A stretch of DNA of 64,000 nt from Eledone cirrhosa (GCA_964016885.1 OZ024749.1:24428001-24492000), one strand, 5' to 3'; shown: positions 33,533-47,776, numbered from the stretch's first letter. Numbers and translations are program-made. Notes: generated by a model from the letters alone, not told the origin.

Positions 33533-35762
33533 CTACATTTTAAATTTAAATTTATATTTAAAAGTTGAGTTCAATCTATGTCTGCAGCAACTGAATAAAT
33601 TTGTCCGTAAATTAAGGGAATTTTTAGATTTTAGTATAAAGAATATCTCCTCCGCGCAGAGGTCACATGTCTCAGAGGATGAATTAAAAGGAATCCCTCT
33701 TGAGACTATATTCCAAGCCGTCGAATATCTAACGTTATCATGCCTAAGTTGCCAGAGTGCGCCTGATAGTGCTGTTGAAGATTTTTTGCTTGGATCTGTG
33801 AAAGAGTTCTTGTGGTTATTATAGCGAAGTTTAAATTCCGTCGATGTGGAACCAACGTAGTTAAAAGAATTAAAGTCCGTTTTAACATTACAGTTGTATA
33901 TTATATTTTTAACTAAGCAATTGTTATTTAACGGACATTTAGATCTATCTCTACAGTTACATTTGTTAACTTGGATATTATTTATGCTATTATCGGTATT
34001 TTGGCAAGGTTTTAAGTTCCTATTATTTATTCTATTAATATTTTGTGCTAAATTTTTGGTGGATGTGTAGGTTAATTTTATAGTATGTCTATTGAAAATT
34101 GAGTGATACCTATGTGTTCTAGGGAAGCGATTATCAAGAGCTTTAAAAAATAGTTTAGCGATGTGGGTTTTAATGTTTAGTGAGAAAGGGGGGGGGGGGG
34201 GCAAACCATCTTATATTCCTAGTTCTATTTCTTTTTTGGCTTTTGGAATTATTGTAATGCTTTCTATTATAGTTGTTAAAGTTGTGGCCGTAATTAAAAT
34301 AGTTGTTATTTTGTTTAGTTTGTCTATTATTATCTATGTACATAATTTTATCACTATATCCAGCTCTAGCTAACGCTTCATTGTAATATTGGGCTTTTTC
34401 GTCGAAAATCTTTTTATTAGATGAGATTCTAGAGATACGTTTTTGAACAGAGTTTACTATAGTATTTTTAACAGATCTGGGGTGGTTAGAGTTAAAGCTG
34501 ACATAGTTTAAGTTTTCATTCAACTTGTGAAATGGATAGTGAAGACATGTGTTGAGATTTAATGTTACATCTAGGAAATTGACTATTCTATGGTTATTCT
34601 CAATTTCTATTTTTAGATTAAAGTAATTAAAAAATTGTGTAATTTGTTTTCTTTTTCTATTTAGTTCAGAGTTATTATTTTCAATAAGTAAAAGCATGTC
34701 ATCTCTATATAAACCTCCGGTAGCACCGGGTATTTTTCTATGCAGCGAATTGATTAAAAATAGGCCCACAAGGTCAGTTACCTGAGCTGAGTCGGATGAT
34801 CCCATAGTAATGTCAAAATTGTTATCTCTATCTGCTCTGGTCCATTGTTGGCCATTAAATTCTATCAATGTTTTCCTAGCCGATAATATAATGTGCATGT
34901 CATTGCTTGTTAGGTCTGTATGTTTGAATGCGTAATTTAGTGCCTTATTTAGTAGATTAGGGGTAATAGACGAATAATAGTTAGCAATATCTAGTTGAAT
35001 AAACTTATTATTATTGTTATATTTAATTTCTTTAAACCACTCAACAACCTCTCCAGTTCCCTTCCACAAGCTCAAGTTAGGCAAACAATTCAAGTTTTTA
35101 ATTTGCTGTATCACCCTGTCAAGAATGTTTTTGCTTAGTTTACCCAGGTCCGATTTTGATGGTGCAATCAATCTGACTGGCAAGTCATTTTCAAAATTCC
35201 TTTTGTGATCTTTCATATTGATCTTCGGTTTCCTGGGCACGAAAGGTTGTGTTCTGTTCTCAATTTCCAACTCATGCATTATACAAGATGCCTCAACATT
35301 CATTTTCTCAAGCTCGGCCTTATCTGCTACCTTGTACTTTTTCCTCAGTTCTTTCAGTATGAGGCCATTATACGTGTCTTTTTGTACTCCATAGAGGTTG
35401 TTGGTCTTGTCAGATTTCACCAAGATCTTCTCAGTTTTCTCTAAGCATTCAATATTATCCTTAATGCCTTTCAGATATTCCTGGCCTTTGAAGTTTCTCT
35501 TGAATTTGACTCCTTGTATGATAGAAATTATATCGTTTTCAAAGTCAAATAAAAGTTTGTTGGGGGGTGGATTTCTTTTAGATTTGAAAACTTTGTCTAA
35601 GTCCGAGACATTTTCATTTATATTAGATTTATCAAAGTGGAATGCTCGCCACCTGATTCTCCTTATAAAAGAGTCAGATTTATCTATTAATTGTTTAATA
35701 AAGTCTTTGTTTCTAGGTAGAGGTATGTCTTTTAAAGAGGAAATAATCTTAAAGAATTCCAT
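33533..35762 (-). CDS. PLE RT + GIY-YIG polyprotein, near full length, one frameshift at a C-run (34188-34201)
   Basis: KSDKT, KDHK, RLIAPSK, LDIANYYSSI, TMGSSD, GLYRDD; CNC..CPL..C; NIIY..YVGST..RYNNH; CCRH. Confidence 0.92.
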
Positions 35763-35940
35763 TTTTTCAGTTATAATATAAAGCGCTCAACAGTATTGGA
35801 GCAAGATACATGGAAAGTTATATTTAAATTGTTGGGTTACAACGAGTAAATATTTATAACTGATATAAAAGCACTCAACAAGTATTTGGAGTATATTTAC
35901 GATATTAAATAAATGGAAATTATATTTATAAAACCATATT

Positions 35941-36006
35941 TATTTCATTATATATATTTCAGGGATAACATATTAAAAATATGTTATGCCTTCTTCAGAC
36001 AAAATA
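35941..36006 (-). ncRNA. HHR in the upstream pLTR
   Basis: rc: UAUUUUGU CUGAAGA AGGCAUAACAUAUU..AAUAUGUUAUCCCU GAA AUAUAUAU A AUGAAAUA. Confidence 0.8.
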
Positions 36007-36396
36007 CAATATAAACAGTCTTATAAATAGATAGATTCGACATACCTTTCAACTTCGACTTGCATTTGAAAAGTTGATTTGGTAGGTAAAATATTATGGA
36101 CAGTTGTAAAAAGAAAGAAAGAAAGAAAGAAAGAAAAACGAAAAAAAAAGAAGAAATGCATGCAACTAAATAGAGAGAGATAGAAAGATAGATAGAGAGA
36201 AGAAATTCATGTAAGAGAAATTCATGAGAGAGGAAAAAATAGAGGAAGATAGATAGAGAGAGAGAGAGAGAAGCGAGAGAGAGAGAGAGAAGCGAGAGAG
36301 AGTGAGAGAAAATATAGAGAGATATATATAGGTAGACATAGAGAGAAAGAAAACTAGGTAGTTGAGCACCAGTTGAATGACGTATCAATGATACAT

Positions 36397-36427
<31 letters not shown>

Positions 36428-36948
36428 GCTCTAGTATTAATGTAGAGAGGGATATATGTTGTTAGGAGATAAAAACAGCCGTTATATAGAGAGAAAAGAA
36501 AATAACCAGACATAGACGAGGCAGATTTAAAACACTATGTTTCATCAATGTAGAAATATTAGTTCGTATAAAACAGGCATTATAATGTAAATATCAATAT
36601 TCATGAATGAGACACGTATCTATAATTTGTGAAAAATAATGATCATATGTCTAGTTTAAAAATTCACAGGTTTATATCAGAGTTGAGATAAAATAGAAGG
36701 TTATCACCAGATTCAATACTATAAACATCCATGTGAATTTACGTGATCAGCTCTGCAAATTCCTATTTCACACGAAAACATTCTCATTGTGCTATAAAAA
36801 TTCTAGTATACATATATGTGTACATACACATATATATATAGAGTCTATATTAATTTTAACAATACTATTCTTGTCTTTACTCTACATGATTATCGTTCAA
36901 GCAGAAATAGATAACAGATATCAATATATAAATAAAAATAAAAATAAT

Positions 36949-38925
36949 AAGGAGTCAAATTCAAGAGAAACTTCAGAGGCCAGGAATATCTGAAAGGCAT
37001 TAAGGATAATATTGAGAGCTTAGAGAAAACTGAGAAGATCTTGGTGAAATCTGACAAGACCAACAACCTCTATGGAGTACAAAAAGACATGTATAATGGC
37101 CTCATACTGAAAGAACTGAGGAAAAAGTACAAGGTAGCAGATAAGGCCGAGCTTGAGAAAATGAATGTTGAGGCATCTTGTATAATGCATGAGTTGGAAA
37201 TTGAGAACAGAACACAACCTTTCGTGCCCAGGAAACCGAAGATCAATATGAAAGATCACAAAAGAAATTTTGAAAATGACTTGCCAGTCAGATTGATTGC
37301 ACCATCAAAATCGGACCTGGGTAAACTAAGCAAAAACATTCTTGACAGGGTGATACAGCAAATTAAAAACTTGAATTGTTTGCCTAACTTGAGCTTGTAG
37401 AAGGGAACTGGAGAGGTTGTTGAGTGGTTTAAAGAAATTAAATATAACAATAATAATAAGTTTATTCAACTAGATATTGCTAACTATTATTCTTCTATTA
37501 CCCCTAATCTACTAAATAAGGCACTAAATTACGCATTCAAACATACAGACCTAACTAGCAATGAAATGCACATTATATTATCGGCTAGGAAAACATTGAT
37601 AGAATTTAATGACCTACAATGGACCAGAGCAGATAGAGATAACAATTTTGACATTACTATGGGATCATCCGACTCAGCTCAGGTAACTGACCTTGTGGGT
37701 CTATTTTTAATCAATTCGCTGCATAGAAAAATACCCGGTGCTACCGGAGGTTTATATAGAGATGACATGCTTTTACTTATTGAAAATAATAACTCTGAAC
37801 TAAATAGAAAAAGAAAACAAATTACACAATTTTTTAATTACTTTAATCTAAAAATAGAAATTGAGAATAACCATAGAATAGTCAATTTCCTAGATGTAAC
37901 ATTAAATCTCAACACATGTCTTCACTATCCATTTCACAAGTTGAATGAAAACTTAAACTATGTCAGCTTTAACTCTAACCACCCCAGATCTGTTAAAAAT
38001 ACTATAGTAAACTCTGTTCAAAAACGTATCTCTAGAATCTCATCTAGTAAAAAGATTTTCGACGAAAAAGACCAATATTACAATGAAGCGTTAGCTAGAG
38101 CTGGATATAGTGATAAAATTATGTACATAGATAATAATAGACAAACTAAACAAAATAACAACTATTTTAATTACGGCCACAACTTTAACAACTATAATAG
38201 AAAGCATTACAATAATTCCAAAAGCCAAAAAAGAAATAGAACTAGGAATATAATATGGTTTGCCCCCCCCTTTCTCACTAAACATTAAAACCCACATCGC
38301 TAAACTATTTTTTAAAGCTCTTGATAATCGCTTCCCTAGAACACATAGGTATCACTCAATTTTCAATAGACATACTATAAAATTAACCTACTCATCCACC
38401 AAAAATTTAGCACAAAATATTAATAGAATAAATAATAGGAACTTAAAACCTTGCCAAAATACCGATAATAGCATAAATAATATCCAAGTTAACAAATGTA
38501 ACTGTAGAGATAGATCTAAATGTCCGTTAAATAACAATTGCTTAGTTAAAAATATAATATACAACTGTAATGTTAAAACGGACTTTAATTCTTTTAACTA
38601 CGTTGGTTCCACATCGACGGAATTTAAACTTCGCTATAATAACCACAAGAATTCTGTCACAGATCCAAGCAAAAAATCTTCAACAGCACTATCAGGCGCA
38701 CTCTGGCAACTTAGGCATGATAACGTTAGATATTCGACGGCTTGGAATATAGTCTCAAGAGGGATTCCTTTTAATTCATCCTCTGAGACATGTGACCTCT
38801 GCGCGGAGGAGATATTCTTTATACTAAAATCTAAAAATTCCCTTAATTTACGGACAAATTTATTCAGTTGCTGCAGACATAGATTGAACTCAACTTTTAA
38901 ATATGAATTTAAATTTAAAATGTAG
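36949..38925 (+). pseudogene. 5'-truncated inverted copy of the same ORF
   Basis: TGG>TAG at about 37398; frameshift at the C-run near 38263. Confidence 0.92.
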
Positions 38926-40271
38926 TATATTTAGTTTGATTTGTAATTATTTATGAAACTCGCCGATAAATCTTTCGATTTCTTCTTTTTTATTTTAAAC
39001 ATTCTTCATGAATAATTAAACTACCCTAAAAGCTGATGCTCCAAACATATCGAATAAATTTTACACTAGATAAACTTCTATATTAAATATAAGAACATCT
39101 GTAGACCGAATGGGTATCCTAAACTTTTGGAATGTTTCTGCTAGACAGGATTTAGTAAATAATTTTTGGTTTTGTTTGCTCTTGATTCTGATGCTTATAA
39201 TGACCTTTACAATATATTGTCAATTAACTTTGAAGGGTTAATCTCCGTGGTGGATTTGCGGGGCATACTATGTTTTATTTTTAATATTTTTAATATTTTT
39301 ATTTTTAATATTTTTTAGTTTTCTGTTTATTTATTTTTTGTTTCTGATATTTTTATTTTTATTAATATATTGATATCTGTTCTCTATTTCTGCTTGAACG
39401 ATAATCATGTAGAGTAAAGACAAGAATAGTATTGTTAAAATTAATATAGACTCTATATATATATGTGTATGTACACATATATGTATACTAGAATTTTTAT
39501 AGCACAATGAGAATGTTTTCGTGTGAAATAGGAATTTGCAGAGCTGATCACGTAAATTCACATGGATGTTTATAGTATTGAATCTGGTGATAACCTTCTA
39601 TTGTATCTCAACTCTGATATAAACCTGTGAATTTTTAAACTAGACATATGATCATTATTTTTCACACATTATAGATACGTGTCTCATTCATGAATAAATT
39701 GATATTTACATTATAATGCCTGTTTTATACGAACTAATATTTCTACATTGATGAAACATAGTGTTTTAAATCTGCCTCGTCTATGTCTGGTTATTTTTCT
39801 TTTCTCTCTATATAACGGCTGTTTTTATCACCTAACAACATATATCTCTCTCTACATTAATACTAGAGCTAAATAAATAAATAAATAAATAAATGTATCA
39901 TTGATACGTCATTCAACTGGTGCTCAACTACCTAGTTTTCTTTCTCTCTATCTCTACCTATATCTATCTCTCTATATTTTCTCTCTCTCTCTCGCTTCTC
40001 TCTCTCTCTCTCTATCTATCTCCCTCTATTTTTTCCTCTCTCTATATCTCTCTCTCTGTTTCTTTACATGAATTTCTTCTCTCTATCTATCTTTCTATCT
40101 CTCTCTATTTAGTTGCATGCATTTCTTCTTTTTTCTTCGTTTTTCTTTCTTTCTTTCTTTCTTTCTTTTTACAACTGTCCATAATATTTTTACTACCAAA
40201 TCAACTTTTCAAATGCTAGTCAAAGTTGAAAGGTATGTCGAATCTATCTATTTATAAGACTGTTTATATTG

Positions 40272-40337
40272 TATTTTGTCTGAAGAAGGCATAACATATT
40301 TTTAATATGTTATCCCTGAAATATATATAATGAAATA
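40272..40337 (+). ncRNA. HHR in the pLTR of the inverted copy
   Basis: Same motif on the + strand. Confidence 0.8.
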
Positions 40338-40984
40338 AATATGGTTTTATAAATATAATTTCCATTTATTTAATATCGTAAATATACTCCAAATACTTGT
40401 TGAGTGCTTTTATATCAGTTATAAATATTTACTCGTTGTAACCCAACAATTTAAATATAACTTTCCATGTATTTATATATATATATATTTATATATAAAA
40501 ATTTATATATATAATAAAAATATATATTTAGCAGTATTAGTTATAGATGTTACGAGTGACATAATAATGATATTAACAGCAGAAATTAGAGAGGAAATAT
40601 ACGTTTATTTTTGTTGTAGCACAAACAATGGTGTGGTACAGAGGCTGGTTTCTGGCGTGTGATCAGTCGGCTTTCCAGTGGCTGTCTGTCTTTTCTTTCT
40701 CGCGTTCTCAACCGGCGTTGTTCTATCAAGGGACGTGAGGCGTCTTACTACAGTACCTCGAGCCAGATTTTCAAATTATTGAAAATCGATGTCATTACTC
40801 AAATGTGGAGTAAGATGGCGAACAAAGCAACAAGGGGGAGCTATTCGCTCTACCAAAAATTGAATCCAGAATAAGGATTTGAAAAATGTTTAAAAAAAAC
40901 AAAAAAAAACATGCATGCATAAAAAAAAACAAGGCAAAGAAAAAGCAGAAACACAGAGGCAAAAAAAGGTGCAGCTAACATAGT

Positions 40985-43900
40985 CTAAATATAGACGGTG
41001 CTGCAAAATTGTTTGGGCCAGTGGACACTACGACCTGAACGGGTCGTGGTCTTGTAACGTGGCGATGGCGGTGGTGTAGGGACAGGCGATGATGGTGGTT
41101 CAGGAACAGTCGTTCGCTCTACAGGCAAATACGAAGGGGTTCGTGGATCAGGAACCACAGCGTCCGTGTCAAGGTGCGCCTGCTTAAGCCTGTCTATTGT
41201 AACTGTCTCCCTGGACCCCTTAATATCTAACGTGAAATGCTTAGCCGAGCGCGCTAAGACACGGTAAGGTCCAGTGTAAGGCTGTGTGAGCGGGGGCTTC
41301 ACAGAATCTTTCCTTACAAAGACATGCGTCCACGAGGCAATATCCCTCGGGACAGCAGTCTTGACAGTTTGTTTCCTAGTGTCCATTGGCGGCAAATCCT
41401 GGAAATAGGAGCGCAAACGGGACACGTAGGAAGCGTGATCTTGGGCATCAAGATCGATAGGGGCAAGCATTTGCCCGGGCAACGTCAGAGGGGCACCGTA
41501 CAGTACTTCGGCCGGTGAAAATCCAAAGTCGACCTTCACCGTTGACCGAATCCCTAGTAGCACAATAGGGAGGTACTCGCTCCAATGCGCCGAGTCCATT
41601 GAGGCCATTAAAGAGGCCTTCAGTTGTCGGTGAAAACGCTCCACCATACCATTCGAAGCGGGATGGTACGCCGTAGTTCTAATGCGTTTAGCACCAATTA
41701 ATTTTGACAGCTCGAGGAAAAGGCTCGACTCGAACTGTCGTTCACGGTCGGTAGTTATTTTGGATAGAACTCCATAACGACAGATCCATCCAGACACCAG
41801 AGCACGTGCTGTTGTCTCCGCGGTGATGTTTTTCAAGGGTATGGCCTCAGGCCATCTCGAAAAACGGTCAATGACGGTCAGCAGATAAGAAAAACCATCG
41901 CTGGCAGGCCAAGGTCCGACTATGTCAATATGAATATGTGAAAAACGCGCATCTGAATTAGCAAAGGTACCCAGGGGAGCCTCGACGTGTCGATGGACCT
42001 TTGATCTCTGGCAAGCGACGCAGGAACGGCACCAAGCAGCAATTTCACGCCTCATATTTGGCCAGAAAAATCTATCTGATATGAGCTTTGCTGTGGCAGA
42101 AGATCCTGGATGCGAGATACTATGTAATCCCAGAAACACGGTCCGACGATGATTCTCTGGAACGAAGGGCCTAGGCACGTCCAACGAGACGTCGCAGAGA
42201 ATTTGGCCAACTGCAGTCGACAGAGGCAAGTATTTCATCTCGCAATTCGCAAACTCAGGCGATGTGACATCTAATGACTCAAGGGGAGGCTGATCCGCAG
42301 CCAAACGAGTCAGATCTATGTCAGAGGATGACGAGATCGCTGTCACGGGTAAGCGGGACAAAGTATCGGCCGCTGTATTTAGTGAACCCTGAATGTGCTG
42401 GATATCACTCGTATATTGCGAGATGAAATCAAGGTGTCTCGTCTCTCTGGGCGAGTATTTATCAGCCTTCTATCTCAAAGCAAAAGTCAATGGTTTATGG
42501 TCAGTGAGGATAGTAAATTGTCTACCTTCTAGCACATGTGAAAAATGTTTCACGGCCAAATAGATGGCTAAAAGCTCTCTTCCAAAGGTGCTGTAGCGCG
42601 TCTCAGCAAGATTTAGCTTTTTGGAAAAAAACTCCAGCGGTTGCTGGTAACCATTGATGTTTTGCTGTAGTACTGCGCCCACAGCGATATCCGATGCATC
42701 AACACAAAGCGTTAGCTTTGCACCGGGTACCGGGTGAGTCAGTAACGAAGCATTAGCCAAAACAGTTTTGGCGTGCTGAAAATCAGCAAGTTGAGTGTCT
42801 ATCAAAGAAATATCTTTGTTCTTCTTCCGACAATTTTTCAAAATTTCTGTCAGGGAGAAAAGCAATTTTCCACAATTTGGCACGAAACGCCTATAAAAGT
42901 TAACCAGACCTAAGAACTGGCGTAACTGACGTAGTGAGGTCGGTGGAGGCAAATCCTATATGACCTTAACTCGCTCAGGCCGGGGTCGAATACCGTCAGC
43001 ATCGATGACGTGACCCAAGAAAGTCAGTGACTCAGCACCAAAAACACATTTGGGTGCATTAAGCTGCACGTTATACGCCTTCAATCGGCGGAAAAGAAGA
43101 TTCAAATGGTGCGTCTGCTGCTCTGGAGAAGAACTAGCAATGAGCAGATCGTCAATATTGGTATAGACGAAATCGAGGCCGCGAGTAACCTCATCCATAA
43201 ACCGCTGAAAAGTACTAGCGGCATTCCTTAATCCGAACGGCATAGTAAAAAAACTCGAAAGACACAAATGGCGTAACTATAGCAGTTTTTGGAATGTCAT
43301 TTTTATGGACAGGAATTTGATGGTACGCACGAATTAAATCCAGTTTGGAGAATATCTTGCATCCCTGCAACGAAGACGCAAAGTCTTGCAGATGAGGAAT
43401 AGGATAACGGTCCGGTACCGTTATCGAATTCAGGCGTCGATAATCTCCAGTAGGTCTCCAATCGCCATTCGCTTTCGGTACCATGTGTAATGGGGACGCC
43501 CACGGGCTCGTGGACGGACGAATAATCCCCATTTGCAGCATATGATCAAACTCTGATCGTGCTGCTTTGAGTTTGTCCGGAGGCAAGCGGCGAGGACGAG
43601 AAAAAACGGGAGCACCAGTTGTAGATATGAAGTGCTCTGTGGTATGAGTTGGTTCATCAACTCGAAAATTTCCCCGAGTCAGTTGCGGGAACGAGTTCAA
43701 CAGCGCATGATAAGGATCACCGGTGTTAGCAAGAAAAAAGGTCGGGCTAACCGTTGGAACTCCTGCTGCCTTGCCAACAACAGTTAATCCAGTGATGCCA
43801 TCAATTAGGCGTTTACGACGAAGGTCCACCGTCAAGGAAAAATGGTGGAGAAAATCCGCGCCTAGAATCGGATACGGCAAGGCAGCGATAGTAAATATCC

Positions 43901-44192
43901 ATTTAAACTCGCGCCGCAGATTACGAAACTGCAAAGGTAACGAGATTTGTCCGAAAGTTCGAATCGGCGAACAATTTACTGCCTGCAACTCAATAGGCGT
44001 CTCAGGGGGAGTCTCCTTCATACAACACACAGGCCATACGGAACAAACTGCACCTGTGTCAACCAGAAAAGCTCTACCTGACAGCAGGTCCTCAATGAAA
44101 AAGTGGCGGTTAGATGTTGTTTCGCAGAGCGGACTATCCGCCGTTAGTGAGTCTGGTCGTCTTTTCCCTCGTAAGCACAAGGAGGCATACAA
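40985..44192 (-). pseudogene. pol: Gypsy pol (PR, RT, RNase H, integrase) with stops and frameshifts
   Basis: FLVDTGA; [24 protein letters not shown] (YxDD mutated); VDASD, ELLA, TDHKPL; HHCC and D,D,E intact. Confidence 0.93.
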
Positions 44193-44937
44193 CGAGCGGC
44201 TTTTTTACCATATCTGTCATGGTAATAACAATATGGTGATTCTGGTGTGTTGGAAGGGCTACGGTGGCGAGAAGTTGAATAACGTCGTGAGCGGCTCCTC
44301 TGCCGTCCAAAGGACCTGAATTCCTTGCACAACTCCGCCATTTGACGAGTCATGGCTTCCATTGTGGTGATAAATTTGTCATCAGACGCTGATGAGCGTG
44401 ATTGAGGAAGAGAAGAGGAAGCAACGTACTTTGGCTTCGAAGTGTCTCTCTTCGTCACCTCTACAATTTTGTCAGCAGAGACAGCAATGTGATCCAGGGT
44501 ATTCACCTCTAGCATATGGGCTAGGATCGACTGTACCTCTTGAGGTAGGCGAGAGAAGAACACTTTCTTCAGGAAAGGGCTATCCTTATCTTGTGAATCG
44601 CTCAAATCCCGCAAATGCCGGAGAAAAGCGGTAGGGGTCCTGTCACCTAATCGTTTCTCCTCGATCAATGACCGAAAACGACTCTCTACCGACTTACAAT
44701 TCCTCCTCAACATCTCGCCCTTCAAATACTCATACGTCAAGTCAGAGGGGGGTCTGTAATTAGGTATTGGACCGAATCTGCCAGATTAGGGGGAAGGCCG
44801 CTAATCTGTACAGCGAGGCGCTGGTCAAATTCGGTCTTACAGACCGTAAAATACGCCTGTAACTGGGCAAACCACATCTTAGGTTTTCCAGTAAAGGCGG
44901 GAAAATGTGGCACATTCATGTTAACGTTTAAAATCAA
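44144..44937 (-). pseudogene. gag: Gypsy gag, frameshifted near 44740
   Basis: PKMWFAQL..YEYLK..LGDRTPT..; CYYH..C..PC knuckle; GGGAAAA slippery site at about 44162-44168. Confidence 0.85.
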
Positions 44938-45807
44938 AAAAAATATATAAACATATATATCTAAACAGCAATTAATGTACCCTTGTACAGTAAAAAGAGA
45001 ACAGACAATATTGAGAAAAAGTTAAAGTGCAAAAAGAAACAGACATTCAAAACATTAGGAAATATGAAAAATACATAAAATACATATATATATTTCTTAA
45101 AAAAAAATTCCCTTCAACGTCTGTCCCCTCGCGTTGCTTCAACGAACCAGCCAAATCAAATAAGGTAAAAAAGAGGAGAAAAAAAAAATGTTCGTTTTTT
45201 AAAATATATCCACGTTGGATATCAACAAAGGTAGCCAGTGGCTAAAAATCCCTTAGAAAAAGGTAAGGCATGTATATCCCCATGAGGGGCAGTAATGTTC
45301 ACAAAAACAAGTTACTTCTCTTCTCTCTTGATCAGTCATGGAACACACACGCAATTCAAAAAATGTGTTCGTCGGAAAATTACAAAACTGGGAAGGAACG
45401 CAACGTCACATTGGAAATATACTGGTTTTGCTTTCTTTTTTTTTTGGTAAGTTGCGAAAAAGTTGGCAACGGCAATGAAATATTCAAGTGAATAAAAAAG
45501 AAGGCTGCTCTAAATTATTTACACGAATGAATCGTTTTGATATTTCCGATGTGTGGTGGTTTGCGTCGGTAAGGCTATGAAGCTGCCACTCACTATTCCC
45601 CGTTTTGGTCAGTGGTTAAACAATGTTGTCGCTGCTGTTGCTGTCGTTGTTGTTGTCGAGTGTAGCAAAAGGTTTTTGAAATACTACTAATTTTTCAAAA
45701 AAAAACTTTGAAAGGAACATATTGTATCTTCGCAAGTTGCCAAAAAGGCCGGCAACATGGCAATAAACGTTCAACTGAAAGAAAAAGAAGGGCTGCGTTA
45801 AATTCTT

Positions 45808-45820
45808 ACGTCGGTCACCA
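45808..45820 (-). promoter_or_regulatory. Primer-binding site, tRNA-Trp-like
   Basis: TGGTGACCGACGT versus the expected TGGTGACCCCGACGT, 1 nt from the terminal unit. Confidence 0.65.
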
Positions 45821-46253
45821 CTTTAGCAGTATTAGTTATAGATGTTATTATGTTACTCGTGTCTCAATAACATCTATAATCCATGCTGCTGGAATTGGCG
45901 ACCTGACGAGAGGAATATTGTAAATAGATGGTAATTAGATCGAGGGACCTTCCCTCACGTCTATGTCAACAAGATAATCCAACGAGGATATTATCACTTA
46001 CCACACTGGCAACTAACGACCTTCAATCATCTACCCTGTTAAAGTGGCGACTACTCTATAACCAATACTGCTAAATATATATATATATATTTATATATAA
46101 CAATTTATATATATATAACAAATATATATATAAATACATATATATATATAAAAAATATATATATAAATATATATATATATTTATTTTTATTTATATATAT
46201 ATATATATTTATTTATATATTTATTTATATTTCTATATATATTTTATTTATAT

Positions 46254-46300
<47 letters not shown>

Positions 46301-46579
46301 TTTATTTATATATATATATATTTTTTTTCAATACTTATTTTTATTTATATATATATTTATATATATATATAAATTATATATATATTTTTATTTATATATA
46401 TATATTTTTATTTACATATATTTATATATATTTATATATATTTATATATATATATATACAAATATATATTTTTGTTTATATATATATATATATTTTTATC
46501 TATATATTTATATATATTTATATATATATATTATATATATATATATATTTATATATAAAAATATATATATATACAAATG

Positions 46580-46618
<39 letters not shown>

Positions 46619-46634
46619 ATATATAAATATATAT

Positions 46635-47744
46635 GAAAAGTGTAATTTTCTACACAAAACGAAGGTTATAGAGAAAATTGAGGTTGGTAATGGCACATGG
46701 AATATATAAGAGACAGAATACTTTTTTGTGAAAAAACATATAATTTTATAAGGTAAGGAAATAATAAAGGGTATGAAAAATGACCGGTTTCGATGGGTCT
46801 GCAAAAGCCATCTTTTCAAATGTTGATTAATATTAAGAAAAATTAATAATACGAAGAGTTAAAATTTGAGATTTGAAAATTCAAGTATAACATTCATTGT
46901 GAGATTTCATAGTAGTTTTCATCTTGGTAGCAACAAGTTGACTGCTGTGTGCCTTTCTGGTAGTGAATGAGAAGTTATTTGTGGATGTGGGTTATTTTAT
47001 AAAGGTCAGATTTAGCAATGGCCAGCTGGCCAGCTGCTGGTCAGTGACGGTGTGGAAGCAATATACATACATATATCTTCCTGTGGTTGGTAGGAGAGGG
47101 GAGCGTGATAGAAAGGGATTTAGTGCACTTACACCTATATATACACACATACCTTCATCCACACATACATACATATACACATACATATACATATACGTAT
47201 ATATATATATATATACATATACACACATACATACACACACACATACATATACATACACACATACACACACATATATACACACACATACACACACATATAT
47301 ATATACACACACACACATATATATACATACACATACATCCAGATACACACATACATACACACACGCGCACACACACACACATATATATACATACACACAT
47401 ACAAACACACACACATATATACACATACACACACATATATATACACACACATATATATATATACACATACGCATACATCCAGATACACATATATATATAT
47501 ATATATACACACACACCCCCACACAATTTAAACCAAAACTAAACGGGTTATCACCTCAATAGAATTGTCATAAAATATAAACACACATACGCACGGAGTG
47601 ACAGAGATATATGTGTTTGTATGTGTGGATGTATATAATTATCACTACTATTAAAGACCAGAGCCCAATTCTGTAGAATCAGGTTTATTCGTTGACAGAC
47701 CATGCCTTTGTGTGACCAACACATCCATGTTAAACCCTGCACGT

Positions 47745-47776
<32 letters not shown>

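Larger units (their letters stand above)
32081..40470. mobile_element. Naiad-like Penelope array: pLTR(-), ORF(-), pLTR(-), truncated ORF(+), pLTR(+) with tail
   Basis: 32081-33105 is repeated at 35899-36946; 36949-40379 is the near-identical inverse of about 32081-35515; flanked by (TA)n. Confidence 0.93.
40527..46075 (-). mobile_element. Ty3/Gypsy retrotransposon, decayed, with atypical termini
   Basis: gag-PR-RT-RH-IN order; PBS-like TGGTGACCGACGT at 45808-45820; in (TA)n. Confidence 0.92.

Noticed and set aside
43723-44319. 198-aa plus-strand ORF
   Set aside because: Antisense shadow of Gypsy gag/pol
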